Assembly (NCBI GenBank): GCA_951406725.2
Contig: OX597815.1
Span: forward strand, 48,732,001-48,796,000
Source of the DNA: Octopus vulgaris
Taxonomy: Eukaryota
Direction of reading: 5' to 3'
DNA: 64,000 nt
This document shows, in pieces, positions 52,610-64,000 of this stretch. Each line of letters opens with the position of its first letter. The stretch's first letter is position 1. Both the position numbers and the translations under genes were made by a program. The notes under the pieces were generated by a model, which worked only from the letters and a program-made list of their open reading frames with translations, ran no database searches and was not told the origin of the DNA.

Positions 52610-54850
52610 GAATACGTTCTGAGTTCAAATTCAGCCGATATCGAGTTAAATTTTAAAGCATTCTGGAGTACCTCAGTCGAAAATGCTTAGCAGTATTTCG
52701 TCTGTCTTTACATTCTGAGTTCAAATTCCGCCGAGGTCGACTTCGCCTTTCTTCCTTTCGGGGCCGATAAATTAAATATCAGTTGCGTACTGGGGTCGAT
52801 CTAATTGACTGGTCCCTTCCCCCAAAATTTCGAGCCTTGTGCCAAGAGTAGAAAAGATTATATCAAGGTGGGTACGGCGGCGATCTGGGGTCGATAAATG
52901 AAGTACCAGTTACGCACTGGGGTCGTGTTATCAACTTAATCCCTTTGTCTGTCCTTGTTTGTCCCCTCTATGTTTAGCCCCTTGTGGGCAATAAAGAATT
53001 AAGGTGGGTACTCCGTCTTTACATTCTGAGTTCAAATTCTGCCGAGGTTGACATAGCCTTTCATCCCTTCGCGGTCGATAAAATAAGTACCAGTCAAATA
53101 CTGGGGTCGATGTAATCTAATCTCCGTCCCCAAAATTTCAGACCTTGTGCCTATTGTAGAAGGGATTATTATGAGGTCAGTGAAATACTGTCCACCGTCA
53201 AGTGATTTCAAATTTTGATACGAGAGAAGGGGTCAGTCGATTACACCGACCACGGTGTTCAATTGGTTCTTATTTTATTGACCCCGAAAGGGATGAAAGG
53301 CAAACTCGGCGGAATTTCAATGCAGAACGTAAAGACAGACTAAATGCCGCTAAGCATTTTGCCAGGCGTGGTTACGATTCTTTTCTACTCTAGGCACAAG
53401 GCTCGAAATTTTGAGGGAAGGGACCACAACTGGTACTTAATTTAATCGACCCAGAAAGGATGAAAGACAAAGTCGACCTCGGCGGAATTTGAACTCAGAA
53501 TGTAAAGACAGACGAAATACTTATTTCTTTATTACCCACAAGGGGCTAAATACAGAGGAGATAAACAAAGACGGACAGACGGATTAAGTCGATTATATCG
53601 ACCCCAGTGTGTAACTGGTACTTAATTTATCGACCCCGAAAGGGTGAAAGGCAAAGTCGACCTCGGCGGAATTTGAACTCAGAATGTAGCGGCAGACGAA
53701 ATACTGCTGAGCCTTTCGCCCGGCGTGCTAACGTTTCTGCCAGCTCGCCGCCTTGCTTTAAGTAATATCGATAATAGCTCTCCCTCAAAATGTGTATATT
53801 CGGGTAGGATGAGTTGGGAAGGGGTGCTATCGTACCCGTCAATAATATTGGCTTCAAATTTTGGCACAAGGCCAGCAATTTCGGGAAAGGAGCCAAGTCG
53901 CTTACATCGACACCAGTGTTCAACTGGTACTTATTTTATAGAAAATGGATCAAAGTTAACGTTGTCCTCAGCAGAATTTGAATTCAGAACGCAAAAAACA
54001 GACGAAATGCTGCTAAGCATTTTACCCGGCGTGCTAACAATTTTACCTGTCAATATTTTAAAATAAACATCCTACATCACTTAGAGAAACACTGGAGTTT
54101 GAGATACCGATGAATGTCACACAAAATTCTCCCTCCTGTATAAATAAGTTGTTCGGACACTTTAACTGAGGTTATTGGTAAACCTGTTATATATACGTAT
54201 GACGGTTTCTACTTACATTATCAGTTTTAGTTCGTATTTTTTTAACTGCATTATACTTACATACATAAGGCGGCGAGCTGGCAGAATCGTTAGCACGTCG
54301 GGCGAAATGCTTAGCGGTATTTCGTCTGCCGTTACGTTCTGAGTTCAAATTCCTCCGGGGTCGACTTTGCCTTTCATCCTTTCGGGGTAGATAAATTAAG
54401 TACCAGTTACGCGCTATGGTCGATGTAATCGACTTAAAACCTATGTCTGTCCTTGTTTGTCCCCTCTATGTTTAGCCCCTGTGGGTAGTAAAGAAATAGG
54501 TATTTCGTGCGCCGCTGCGTTCTGAGTTCAAATTTCACCGACGTCGACTTTGCCTTTCATCCTTTCGGGTTCAATAAATTAAGTACCTGTTACACACTTG
54601 GGTCGATATAATTGACTTAATCCGTTTGTCTGTCCTTGTTTGTCCCTCTCTGTGTTTAGCCCCTTGTGGGTAGTAAAGAAATAGGTATTTCGTCGGCCGT
54701 TACGTTCTGAGTTCAAATTCCGCCGAGGTTGACTTTGCCTTTTGTCCTTTCGGGGTCGATTAAATAAATACCGTTTACACACCGGGGTCATGTAATCGAC
54801 TTAATCTCTTTGCCCTCTCTATGTTTAGCCCCCCGTGGGCAATAAAGAAA
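52610..54850. mobile_element. Dense cluster of SINE family B copies in both orientations, including head-to-tail multimers
   Basis: Repeated ttctgagttcaaattccgccgaggtcgactttgcctttcatcctttcggggtcgataaattaagtacc, with head aggcggcgagctggcagaatcgttagc. Confidence 0.88.
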
Positions 54851-55369
54851 CATACATACATGCATACATACATACATATAGGGATGGTGGTGTGGTTAAG
54901 AAGCTCACTTTGCAATCATGTGGTTTGAAATTCAGTCCCACTAGGCGGCACCTTGGGTAGGTGTCTTCTACTATAGACAAGGGTCGATCCTGTGAGTGAT
55001 TTTGGTAGACGGAAACTATATGGAAGCCCGTCGAAGAGATATGTATGTATGAGTGTGTATCTATATATTATGTATGTGCGTGTGTATGTTAGAGGGTGTG
55101 GGGTGGAGAGAGAGAGAGAGCGCGTGCACGCATATGCACTTGTCTTAATATATTCTTCATTGTTAAGAAAAACGTGGATATGGTCAAATGGTTAATAGGC
55201 TCGCTTCTCAGTCACATGAATCTGGGTTCCATCCATTGCATGTGACGATGGGCAATGATTGTTTTTATTTTTGCTACAGCTCTCTTGTGACTAGTAGCTA
55301 GTTTGTCACGTCTGTATGAACACACACGCGTACGCACGTACACACACATATTTATATATATATATTTAT

Positions 55370-55622
55370 ATAGACGTAGCTGTGTGGTAAGAAGCTTGCT
55401 TCCCAACCACATGGTTCCGGGTTCAGTCCCACCGCGCGACACCTTGGGCAGTCTCACTGCATGGCACCTTGGCCAAGTGTCTTCTACTATAGCCTCGCGC
55501 CGACCAAAGCCTTGTGAGTTGATTTGGTAGAGGGGAAACTAAAAGAAGCCCGTCGTATATATGTATATATATATATTTATATATATATATTTATATATAT
55601 ATATGTGTGTGTGTGTGAGTGT

Positions 55623-55654
<32 letters not shown>

Positions 55655-55850
55655 CCTCCCCTACCATCGCTTGACAACCGATGTTGATGTGTTTATGTCC
55701 CCTTTAATCTAGCGGTTCGGCAAAAAGTGACTGATAGTATAAGTACTGCGCTTACAAAGAATAAGTCCTGGGGTTGATTTGTTCGACTAACGTCGGTGCT
55801 CCCGCATGGTCGCAATTAAAAGAATGAAACAAGTAAAAGAATAAAAGAAT
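55370..55850 (+). mobile_element. SINE family A with short internal duplication
   Basis: cac.gc..g.caccttgg occurs twice at 55430-55475. Confidence 0.85.
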
Positions 55851-55922
55851 ATATGCAAAAATATATATATATATATATATGTATATTTCAAGCGCACATA
55901 TGCATATGTACATGCACCACCG

Positions 55923-56005
<83 letters not shown>

Positions 56006-56061
56006 GGCCGTCTGTGTATCTATCTATCTGTCTACCCCTCTATCCATCAATCCATCCATCC

Positions 56062-56138
<77 letters not shown>

Positions 56139-56270
56139 CCTGTATATCCACTTCCTTTTATAATCAATCAACATTTTTATGATTCTGATATTTTCCTATA
56201 TTCCAGACTATAAAAAAAACCAAGCACCTGTACTTTTTGCATGCACGCCACACACACATAGACACACACA

Positions 56271-56345
<75 letters not shown>

Positions 56346-56564
56346 ACACACACACACACATGATTACACACATGTTTACATGTAAATGTACATATACTTC
56401 TCACACATTTTCACAGATTCAAATCTGCATACATGTACTAAATCATTGTCGACGCCTTTAGCTCAGTTTGCTTGAAACAATAGCAAAAGTCTGTCAGAAA
56501 TCACCCTCTAACATCATGGAAGAAAAGGCAGATATCATAATGCAGTCCCAGAAAAACGGTGAAA

Positions 56565-56597
<33 letters not shown>

Positions 56598-56899
56598 AAC
56601 TGGATGGTCACTGCTGGAATGGCTTTACCATAAATGTGATGAAAGCTGACCTGGAACTAAACACCACAAACGTGCAGTCAGAGACACACCAGCATTACTG
56701 CTGCAATATCACCAGTTACATACATTCTGGTGTAATATACACATTCACATATACACCCACCTGTATATGGACTTTCACAAATACACATTGTATATACATT
56801 TGTGCACATTTGTACATACATACATATATATATACATACATATATATGTATGTATGTGTATCTATATATATATTCTTTTATTCTATTACTTGTTTATTT

Positions 56900-57121
56900 G
56901 TTTACTTGTTTGAGTCACTTGACTGCAGCCATGCTGGAGCAATGCTTTTAGTTGAGCAAATCTACCCCAGGACTTATTCTTTGTAAGTCTAGTATTTATT
57001 ATATCGGTCACTTTTGCCGAACCGCTATGTTACAGGGATGTAAACACACCAGCATCGGTTATCAAGCGATGTTGGGGGGACAACCACAGACACACAAACA
57101 TACACACACACACACACATAC

Positions 57122-57154
<33 letters not shown>

Positions 57155-57315
57155 CGACAGGCTTCTTTCAGTTTCCATCTACCAAATCCACTCATTAGGC
57201 TTTGGTCAGCCCAAGGTTCTATAAGACACTTGCGCAAGGTGCCACGCAGTCGGACTGAACTCGGAACCATGTGGTTGGTAAGCAAGCTACTTACCACAAG
57301 ACCCTCCTGTGCCTA
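56900..57315 (-). mobile_element. SINE family A
   Basis: Reverse-complement match. Confidence 0.85.
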
Positions 57316-57318
57316 TAT

Positions 57319-57359
<41 letters not shown>

Positions 57360-57447
57360 CACATATATATACATGTATATATATATACATGCATATATAT
57401 ATACACACATACACACACATATACGTATGTGTGTGTGTATGTATATA

Positions 57448-57503
<56 letters not shown>

Positions 57504-58519
57504 AATATGCATGTGTGCACTCTCTCCCTCTCACTGCAGAAAGAAGGTGTATTTATTTTTGTGCTTCTTTTCTATATATTTTGTGGATGTATGCATATGC
57601 ATATGCATGTGTGTGTGTGTGTGTGTGCACGTGTGAGTGTGTGTGTTTGTGTGTGTGCACGCATGTGTGAGTGTTTATGTGTTAGAGCATGCATTGCACT
57701 TTATCTTTTACTGCAAACATCAGTAACTACACATTTAATGTGCTCGCATGCATGTTCATACATGCACACCCACACACACATACACACACACACATACACA
57801 CACACACACACACACACCCTCTACCACCACCATAGCTAACACTCTGCAATATCACCATAACGCTCACCACCACCACGACCACAACCACCACCACCACCAC
57901 CGCCACCATTGCCACCATCGCCATCACTGTCGCCACCACTGCCGCCACCATCACAACTACTCTTCATTCCCTCCACTAACTATGATCTTTGCATCATGCT
58001 AGCCTGAAGCAAAGGCAAACCTTCAACTAGGTTCCCTTCCACTTCTTTGTTTCCCCTTCCCTCTTCCTTTCCATTGTTCCCTTCTTGCCCTTCTTTTCCT
58101 TTCCCCAAAGCTTAGTCCACCTGAAAAAAAAAACAAAAAAGAACAAAAACAACAAACAAAAAGAAGTCATGACCAGAGATAGGCAGAGGCAGTGAATGTA
58201 GGACGAGGTGTGTGTGTGTGTGTGGGGGGGGAACAATGCAGAAGTATAAGTGATCCCAAAGATCCTGGCATGGATCAGTACTGGTATATGATGGAGATGA
58301 CAGAGGAGAGACAGGGAATGTGAATGTCTTTCTTTGTGGATTTAATAACAGAAAAAGTCATGGAAACTTTTAACTAGTACAGACTGGATATTGGCAGTCA
58401 GGGAGAGAGAGAGAGAGAGAGAGAGAGATTGAGATAATGTGTGTGTGTGAGAGAGAGAGAGAGGGGGAGGGAGTTCGTGTGCATGTGGTATGTGTGTGTG
58501 TGTGTGAATGAAGGTCAAA

Positions 58520-59460
58520 AATGTCAATAGAGGTTTATGGAGAGACAGTTGAGTCCAGGAGTGTCGATGAAATGAATGAAAGAGCCAGTTAAGAAAATCA
58601 ATTAAGGTTAATGGAGTTAATGAGAGTCATTTAAGTTTAGGAGAGTCAATGAAAGTTAAGAGAGGGTCAGTGGAGGTTAAGACAGCCAATTGAGATTAAG
58701 AGAGTCAATTAAGGTTAAGAGAGAGTGAATGGAATAATGAGAGTCCATTATGTTTAAGAGAGAATGAATATAATTGAGAGTCAGTGGAGGTTAAGAGAGT
58801 TGATTGAGGTTAAGAGAGAGTCACAGCAGGCTATAGAGAGTCAATAGAAATTATAAATAATCAGTGGAGGTTATAAAATGTCTGTTGAGGTGAAGTGACA
58901 CAGTGAAAGTCAACTCTATGATAAAGATTACGAGAGACAATAAAAATTAAGAGAGAGTCAGTGAAAGTTATTGAGAGTTAGTTAAGGTTAAGAGAGTCAA
59001 TTGAGGTCAAGAAAGTTAGCAGAGATAATAAATGATAAGAGTGATACTGGAAATTGAGAGGTTGAAGTGGAAATTAAGTAAGCGAAGATTAACAGAGAGT
59101 CAATGTAGATTACAGAGTGGCAATGAAGGTTGAGAGTAAATGAAGATTAACAGAATTAAGAAAGATAATGTTGATTAAGAAAGAATCAATGGAGATTGAA
59201 AAGAGTCACTGAAATTAACATAGATGATAGATGTTAAGAGAGAGTCAATGAATGTTAAGAGAATCAACAGAAAATATACAGTACCAACTGAGATTAATTG
59301 AGTCAATAGGGAATAAACATTGATAACAAAGATGTAGAGCAATTCCAAAAGGTTATATGACAATGGGGATTAACACAATCAAAAGAGATTAGTAGAGATA
59401 GTGGAGATTATAAAGTGTCATTGGATGTTAACTGCGATAATAGTGGTTAAAAGAGATAGT
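58520..59460. repeat. Degenerate ~19-21-bp purine-rich minisatellite
   Basis: Recurrent gaggttaagagagtcaat(t/g). Confidence 0.75.
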
Positions 59461-59493
59461 GGACATGAATATATATATATATATATATGTATA

Positions 59494-59599
<106 letters not shown>

Positions 59600-60329
59600 G
59601 AGAGTGAAACAGAAAGAGCAAGAGAGTTACTGAAGTTCAAGAAAGTCAATGAAGTTTAAGAGAGTCGATGGAAGTTAACGAAGACAAAATTTAATTTAGA
59701 CAGATAATGATTATTGAAGGGTTAAAGACTAAGAATGTAAACATAAATGGTGAAATAACTTAGATTATGTAGTTTATATAGTACAGGATTAATCAACTTA
59801 GATTACATATTTTTTAATATATGACTGATTAACTGAACATTTGATGAGCTATAGAACTAAAAAGCCCAGTTGGACCTTATGGTTTCACTATTTGTTGATG
59901 TCATTGTTGCTTAATTGCACATTAACACTAATTTTGAAAATCTAGGATCCAAGATATTTCTGCCAGGATTGTTTCATTTTTTCCCCAGTCTTGTCCAGAT
60001 ACAATACCAATTATCCAGACACCAATGGTCCAGAATCTCTTATTATCTGCACTAATTTATGAACAGGAACTTCAAATTACCATGGGTACCAGATTAGATT
60101 ACTGGTATCTTGCACATTTCACAAAATACAATTTGATAAACTTATATTGTTTATACTAATATGAAGGTACCTGTAATTTATCTAATTATTTAAGTAAATT
60201 TAATATATATTAAATTTAGAGTGTGTTGACCAAAATGACCATCACTAGTTCAGAAAAATCTATGATAGGTGCAAGAATGCTTGTGCGGCAAGAAGTTTGC
60301 TTCCCATCCTCATGGCAGTTCCACTACAT

Positions 60330-60935
60330 GGCAAAGTAGATATGCAATTTTTACCTTGCAATGAAAAGTGTACTAATAACTTTTAATTTTCCATGCAAAG
60401 TAGGCATGCAAATTTTACCTTTAAATGTAAAGTGTGTTAGTAATTTTTAACTTTGCATGAAAAGTGGGCATACAATCTTTACTTTTCCATGAAAAGTGTG
60501 GTAGTAACTTCTAATTTTCCATGAAAAGTAGGCATACAAATCTTACCTTTCTCTGAAAAAAGTGCTAGTAATTTTTAACTTTCCATGCAATTTTTACCTT
60601 TTCATGAAAAGTGTGCCAGTAATTTTTACTTTTCCATGAAAAATGTGGTAGTAATTCTTACCTTTCTATGCAAAGTAGGTATGCAAGTTTTACCTTCCCA
60701 TGAAAAGTGTCCTGGTAGTTTTTAACTTTCCATACAGAACAGACATGCAATTTTTACTTTTTTATGAAAAAACATGCAAGTAATTTTAATTTCCCATGCA
60801 ATGTAAGCATGCAATCTTTACTTTTCTATGAAAAATGTGCTAGTAGTTTAGTAGTCTTTAACTTTGCGTGAAAAGCAGACACAGAATATTTAACTTCAAA
60901 AGGAAAAGAGAGCTTGTAGTTTTTAACTTTCCATG
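60330..60935. repeat. 32-bp minisatellite with alternating A/B variants
   Basis: Units tttta(c/a)ttttccatgaaaagt + (gtg.tagtaa | aggcatgcaa). Confidence 0.85.
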
Positions 60936-61592
60936 ATCAAAGAACAAAATGTCAGTGTACACATCATTAGTTTCTGTACAAACGGCTGCTTTTGTTTACA
61001 CCTGTAAAAAAAGAGAGAGAAAAATTAAATGAATATAGCAAAAAGTTTTGGAAAACAATTAAAATTATTTTGAATTAAAAATAAAAGGTATTAATCAGAA
61101 TTGCTTGTGTCTTTTAGCTTTTATTCCTTACTATTATTTCGCTGTGACAATGCTTGGACACCATCTTCAAGGGTTTATGGTGAATGAATTGATCCCAGTA
61201 TTTATTTTTAAGTCCAGTACTTATTTTATCGATCTCTTTTGCCAAACCACTAAGTTATGGATGGTGGGGTGTATAAACAAACCAATACCAGTTGTCACCA
61301 AATGGTGGTAGACAAACCCAAACAAAAAGACAAACACACAAACACACACACACACACATGCACACACATAATATATATATATATCAATTGGTGCAAGCAT
61401 TACTGTGTGGTAAGAAGCTTGCTTCCCAACCACATGGTTCTGGGTTCAGTCCCACTGTTCAGCACCTTGGAAAAGTGTCTTCTACTATAGCCTCGGGCTG
61501 AATAAAGTCTTGAAAGTGGATTTGGTACATATATATATATATATATAACAAATAAAAGACAGAAGATGGAATATACAAGAATATACTATTAA

Positions 61593-61692
61593 TCACAACA
61601 ATTGTTTCGACACATCCAGCATCGATTCTTCTTGTGGGACACACAAAAAACTGGTACAGGAGCATCCGGTGGTGCAGACGTATCTCAGGTGA
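61593..61692 (-). pseudogene. Decayed type I hammerhead (3-nt core deletion)
   Basis: Minus strand reads TCAC-CTGA[---]-GATACGTC...GATGTGTC-GAAA-CAATT-GTT-GTGA. Same ACAATTGT palindromic helix III as the 34-35 kb HHRs. Confidence 0.55.
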
Positions 61693-62054
61693 AAAATAAA
61701 TAAAAACATCAGACCCCAGTCCTCAACTGGTACCTATTTTATCGACCTACAGAAGCATTTTACCTGGCATGCTAACGATTCTACCAGCTCATCACTTTAA
61801 TAACAATTATAATGGTTTCAAATTTTGGCACAAGACCAGCAGTCTCAAGGAAGGGGCTAAGACAGTTACATCAACCCCAGTGCTCAACTGCTACTTATTT
61901 TATCGAACTACAAAAGGATGGAAAGCAAAGTCAGCTCCAGTGGAATTTGAACTCGGAACATATAGATGAAGAAAATGCCATTAAGCATTTTGCTTAGTGT
62001 GTTGTTAATTCTACCTGCTTGCTGACTTATATCATATCATATCTAGTCACTGAG

Positions 62055-62301
62055 TACTCTCTCTTTACTCTTTACTCTTTTACTCTTTTACTTGTTTCAG
62101 TCATTTGACTGCAGCCATGCTGCAGCACCGCCTTTAGTCAAGCAAATCGACCCCAGGTCTTATTCTTTGTAAGCCTAGTACTTATTCTATCGGTCTCTTT
62201 TGCCAAACCGCTAAGTTACGGGGATGTAAACACACCAGCTTCAGTTGTCAGATGTTGGGGGGACAAACACAGACACACAAACATATACAAACACATACTT
62301 A

Positions 62302-62343
<42 letters not shown>

Positions 62344-62474
62344 TACGACGGGCTTCTTTCAGTTTCCGTCAGCCAAATCCACTCACAAGGCTTTGGTTGG
62401 CCCAAGGCTATAGCAGAAGACACTTGCCCATGTGGTTGGTAAGAAGCTACTTACCACACAGCCACTCCTATGCC
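62055..62474 (-). mobile_element. SINE family A (internal deletion in head)
   Basis: Reverse-complement match with (TTTACTCT)n tail. Further partial copies at ~14175, 15454, 51045, 51515-51970, 54880 and 61110-61528. Confidence 0.85.
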
Positions 62475-62659
62475 TAGGAGATCACTTGGCTATAATATTC
62501 TTGTCTTATTGACAGCTGACCTGGAACTAGACAACAACAACAATAACAATAGCAACAACGATTGCAGCAGCGACAACCACAGTTATAACAATGAACAGGT
62601 GAAGCTAAAACACAGGTGTTATGAGTTTATAAAATGCTCTTGCATTTTCAAGGTATTCA

Positions 62660-62977
62660 ACTCACTTTATGTTTTTGCTTGTTCCTTCTTGAGCCACGCC
62701 TGGCTCATAAGGGCTGGTTTTCCAGTTTCTTTGGTGAATAGGTTCCCCACCTGGACAGGACGCCAATCCGTCACAGGTGAGCTGCAAGATGCAGGAGGAA
62801 AGAGCGAGAGAAAGCTGTAGCAAAAGAGTCAGCAGAAGTTCACCATTTCCTTCTGCTGGAGCTGTGTGGAGCTTAGGTGTTTCGCTCATAAACACACACA
62901 TCACCCGGTCTGAGATTCGAATCTGCGATCCCTCGACTGCAAGCCCACTGCTCTAACCACTAGGCCATGTGCCTCAC
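62660..62977 (-). mobile_element. tRNA-derived SINE (distinct body)
   Basis: Minus strand GAGGCACATGGCCTAGTGGTTAGAGC...GATTCGAATC tRNA-like head. AACTCACTTTATGT at ~62659 and ~62978 looks like a TSD. Confidence 0.75.
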
Positions 62978-63249
62978 AACTCACTTTATGTGACGGTGTA
63001 TGACCTAATGGTTAAGGTGTTGCACTCTCAATCAGAAGATTGAAATTTCAATTCTCAAACTGGGCAGTGTATTGTGTTCATGAGCAAAACATTTCATCTC
63101 ATGCTGCCCTGCAATCACTTCGATGTCTGACATGTGGGACTGATTGCACCTGTAAGGGCAAAGGTGATTTGATGGAGGAAATGAACTAATGTACAGCAAA
63201 AATATTTGATCACTATATAAAAAAATCATCTGAGCAGGTTGTTCAGTTT

Positions 63250-63483
63250 GAGGCAGCGAGCTGGCAGAAACGTTAGCATGCTGGGCGAAATGCTTAGTGT
63301 TATTTCGTCTGTCTTTACGTTCTGGGTTCAAATTCCACCGAGGTCAACTTTGCCTTTCATCCTTTCAGGGTCATTAAATTAAGTATCAGTTATGCACTGG
63401 GGTCAATGTAATCGACTTAATCCCTTTGTCTGTCCTTGTTTTCCCCCTCTATGTTTAGCCCCTTGTGGGTAATAAAGAAATAA
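63250..63483 (+). mobile_element. SINE family B, full length
   Basis: Head aggcagcgagctggcagaaacgttagc through tail ggtaataaagaaataa. Confidence 0.88.
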
Positions 63484-64000
63484 GAAGCTGAGCCCTCATC
63501 TGTTATTTATGATAGGAGAATCCACCTTTCAGCTCAAATACAGCCATGAGTCAGCTACGTACCATCCTGTGATGGGCTTTTTATAAGCCAGGTAGAATTA
63601 GGAGGGCAATAGAGGATAAAGTAGGAATTGGTGGGAGGAGAATAAAGCAACAACAGAGTGTTGGTGATAGGAGAAAAAGAGAAAAAAAAAATGCCCCCAG
63701 CACTTCAGGCTGTATTTTATCAACCTCACAACATGGGCAGCTGTGACTTTCATCAAATTCCAATGATAAAATTAGGTCAGCATAAATAAATACTGATGAA
63801 CATTGATGTCCCAAAAATACTAGCAAACAAGGCTTACAAAAAAATTAAATAAAGTGAAATTAAAAAAATTTAAATTCTTCAAAAAATTAACCATTATTTA
63901 TTTATTTATTTACATCTTTTGACAAATAAATAAATTCAGAACTTGATTGTTATATCTAGAAGCAATTTAAATGGACCTATTTTTTAAAATTATCTAAAGG

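Noticed and set aside
60330-60935. Regularly spaced palindromic repeats superficially like a CRISPR array
   Set aside because: No unique spacers, units are contiguous and degenerate, no cas genes, eukaryotic context.

Overview
AT-rich, repeat-saturated eukaryotic DNA. The SINE, microsatellite and transposon content points to a coleoid cephalopod, most likely Octopus (inference). No intact host gene or exon can be supported: nearly all listed ORFs are microsatellite read-through or decayed transposon fragments. The window holds dozens of tRNA-derived SINEs (at least 3 families), four decayed mariner elements, RTE, R4/Dong-like, Tx1-like and Penelope-like (PLE) retroelement remnants, two cleanly bounded non-autonomous Helitrons, MITEs and minisatellites. 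The most notable system is a very young 535-bp tandem array plus an inverted copy (33891-35545), in which each complete unit and the inverted copy carry an intact type I hammerhead ribozyme (HHR), giving a retrozyme/PLE pseudo-LTR architecture. A diverged relative at ~48.2-48.6 kb keeps the helix pairing and an identical helix II tip. Several more HHR-bearing fold-back insertions sit in (TA)n tracts. All structures were read by eye; none has been computed or tested.
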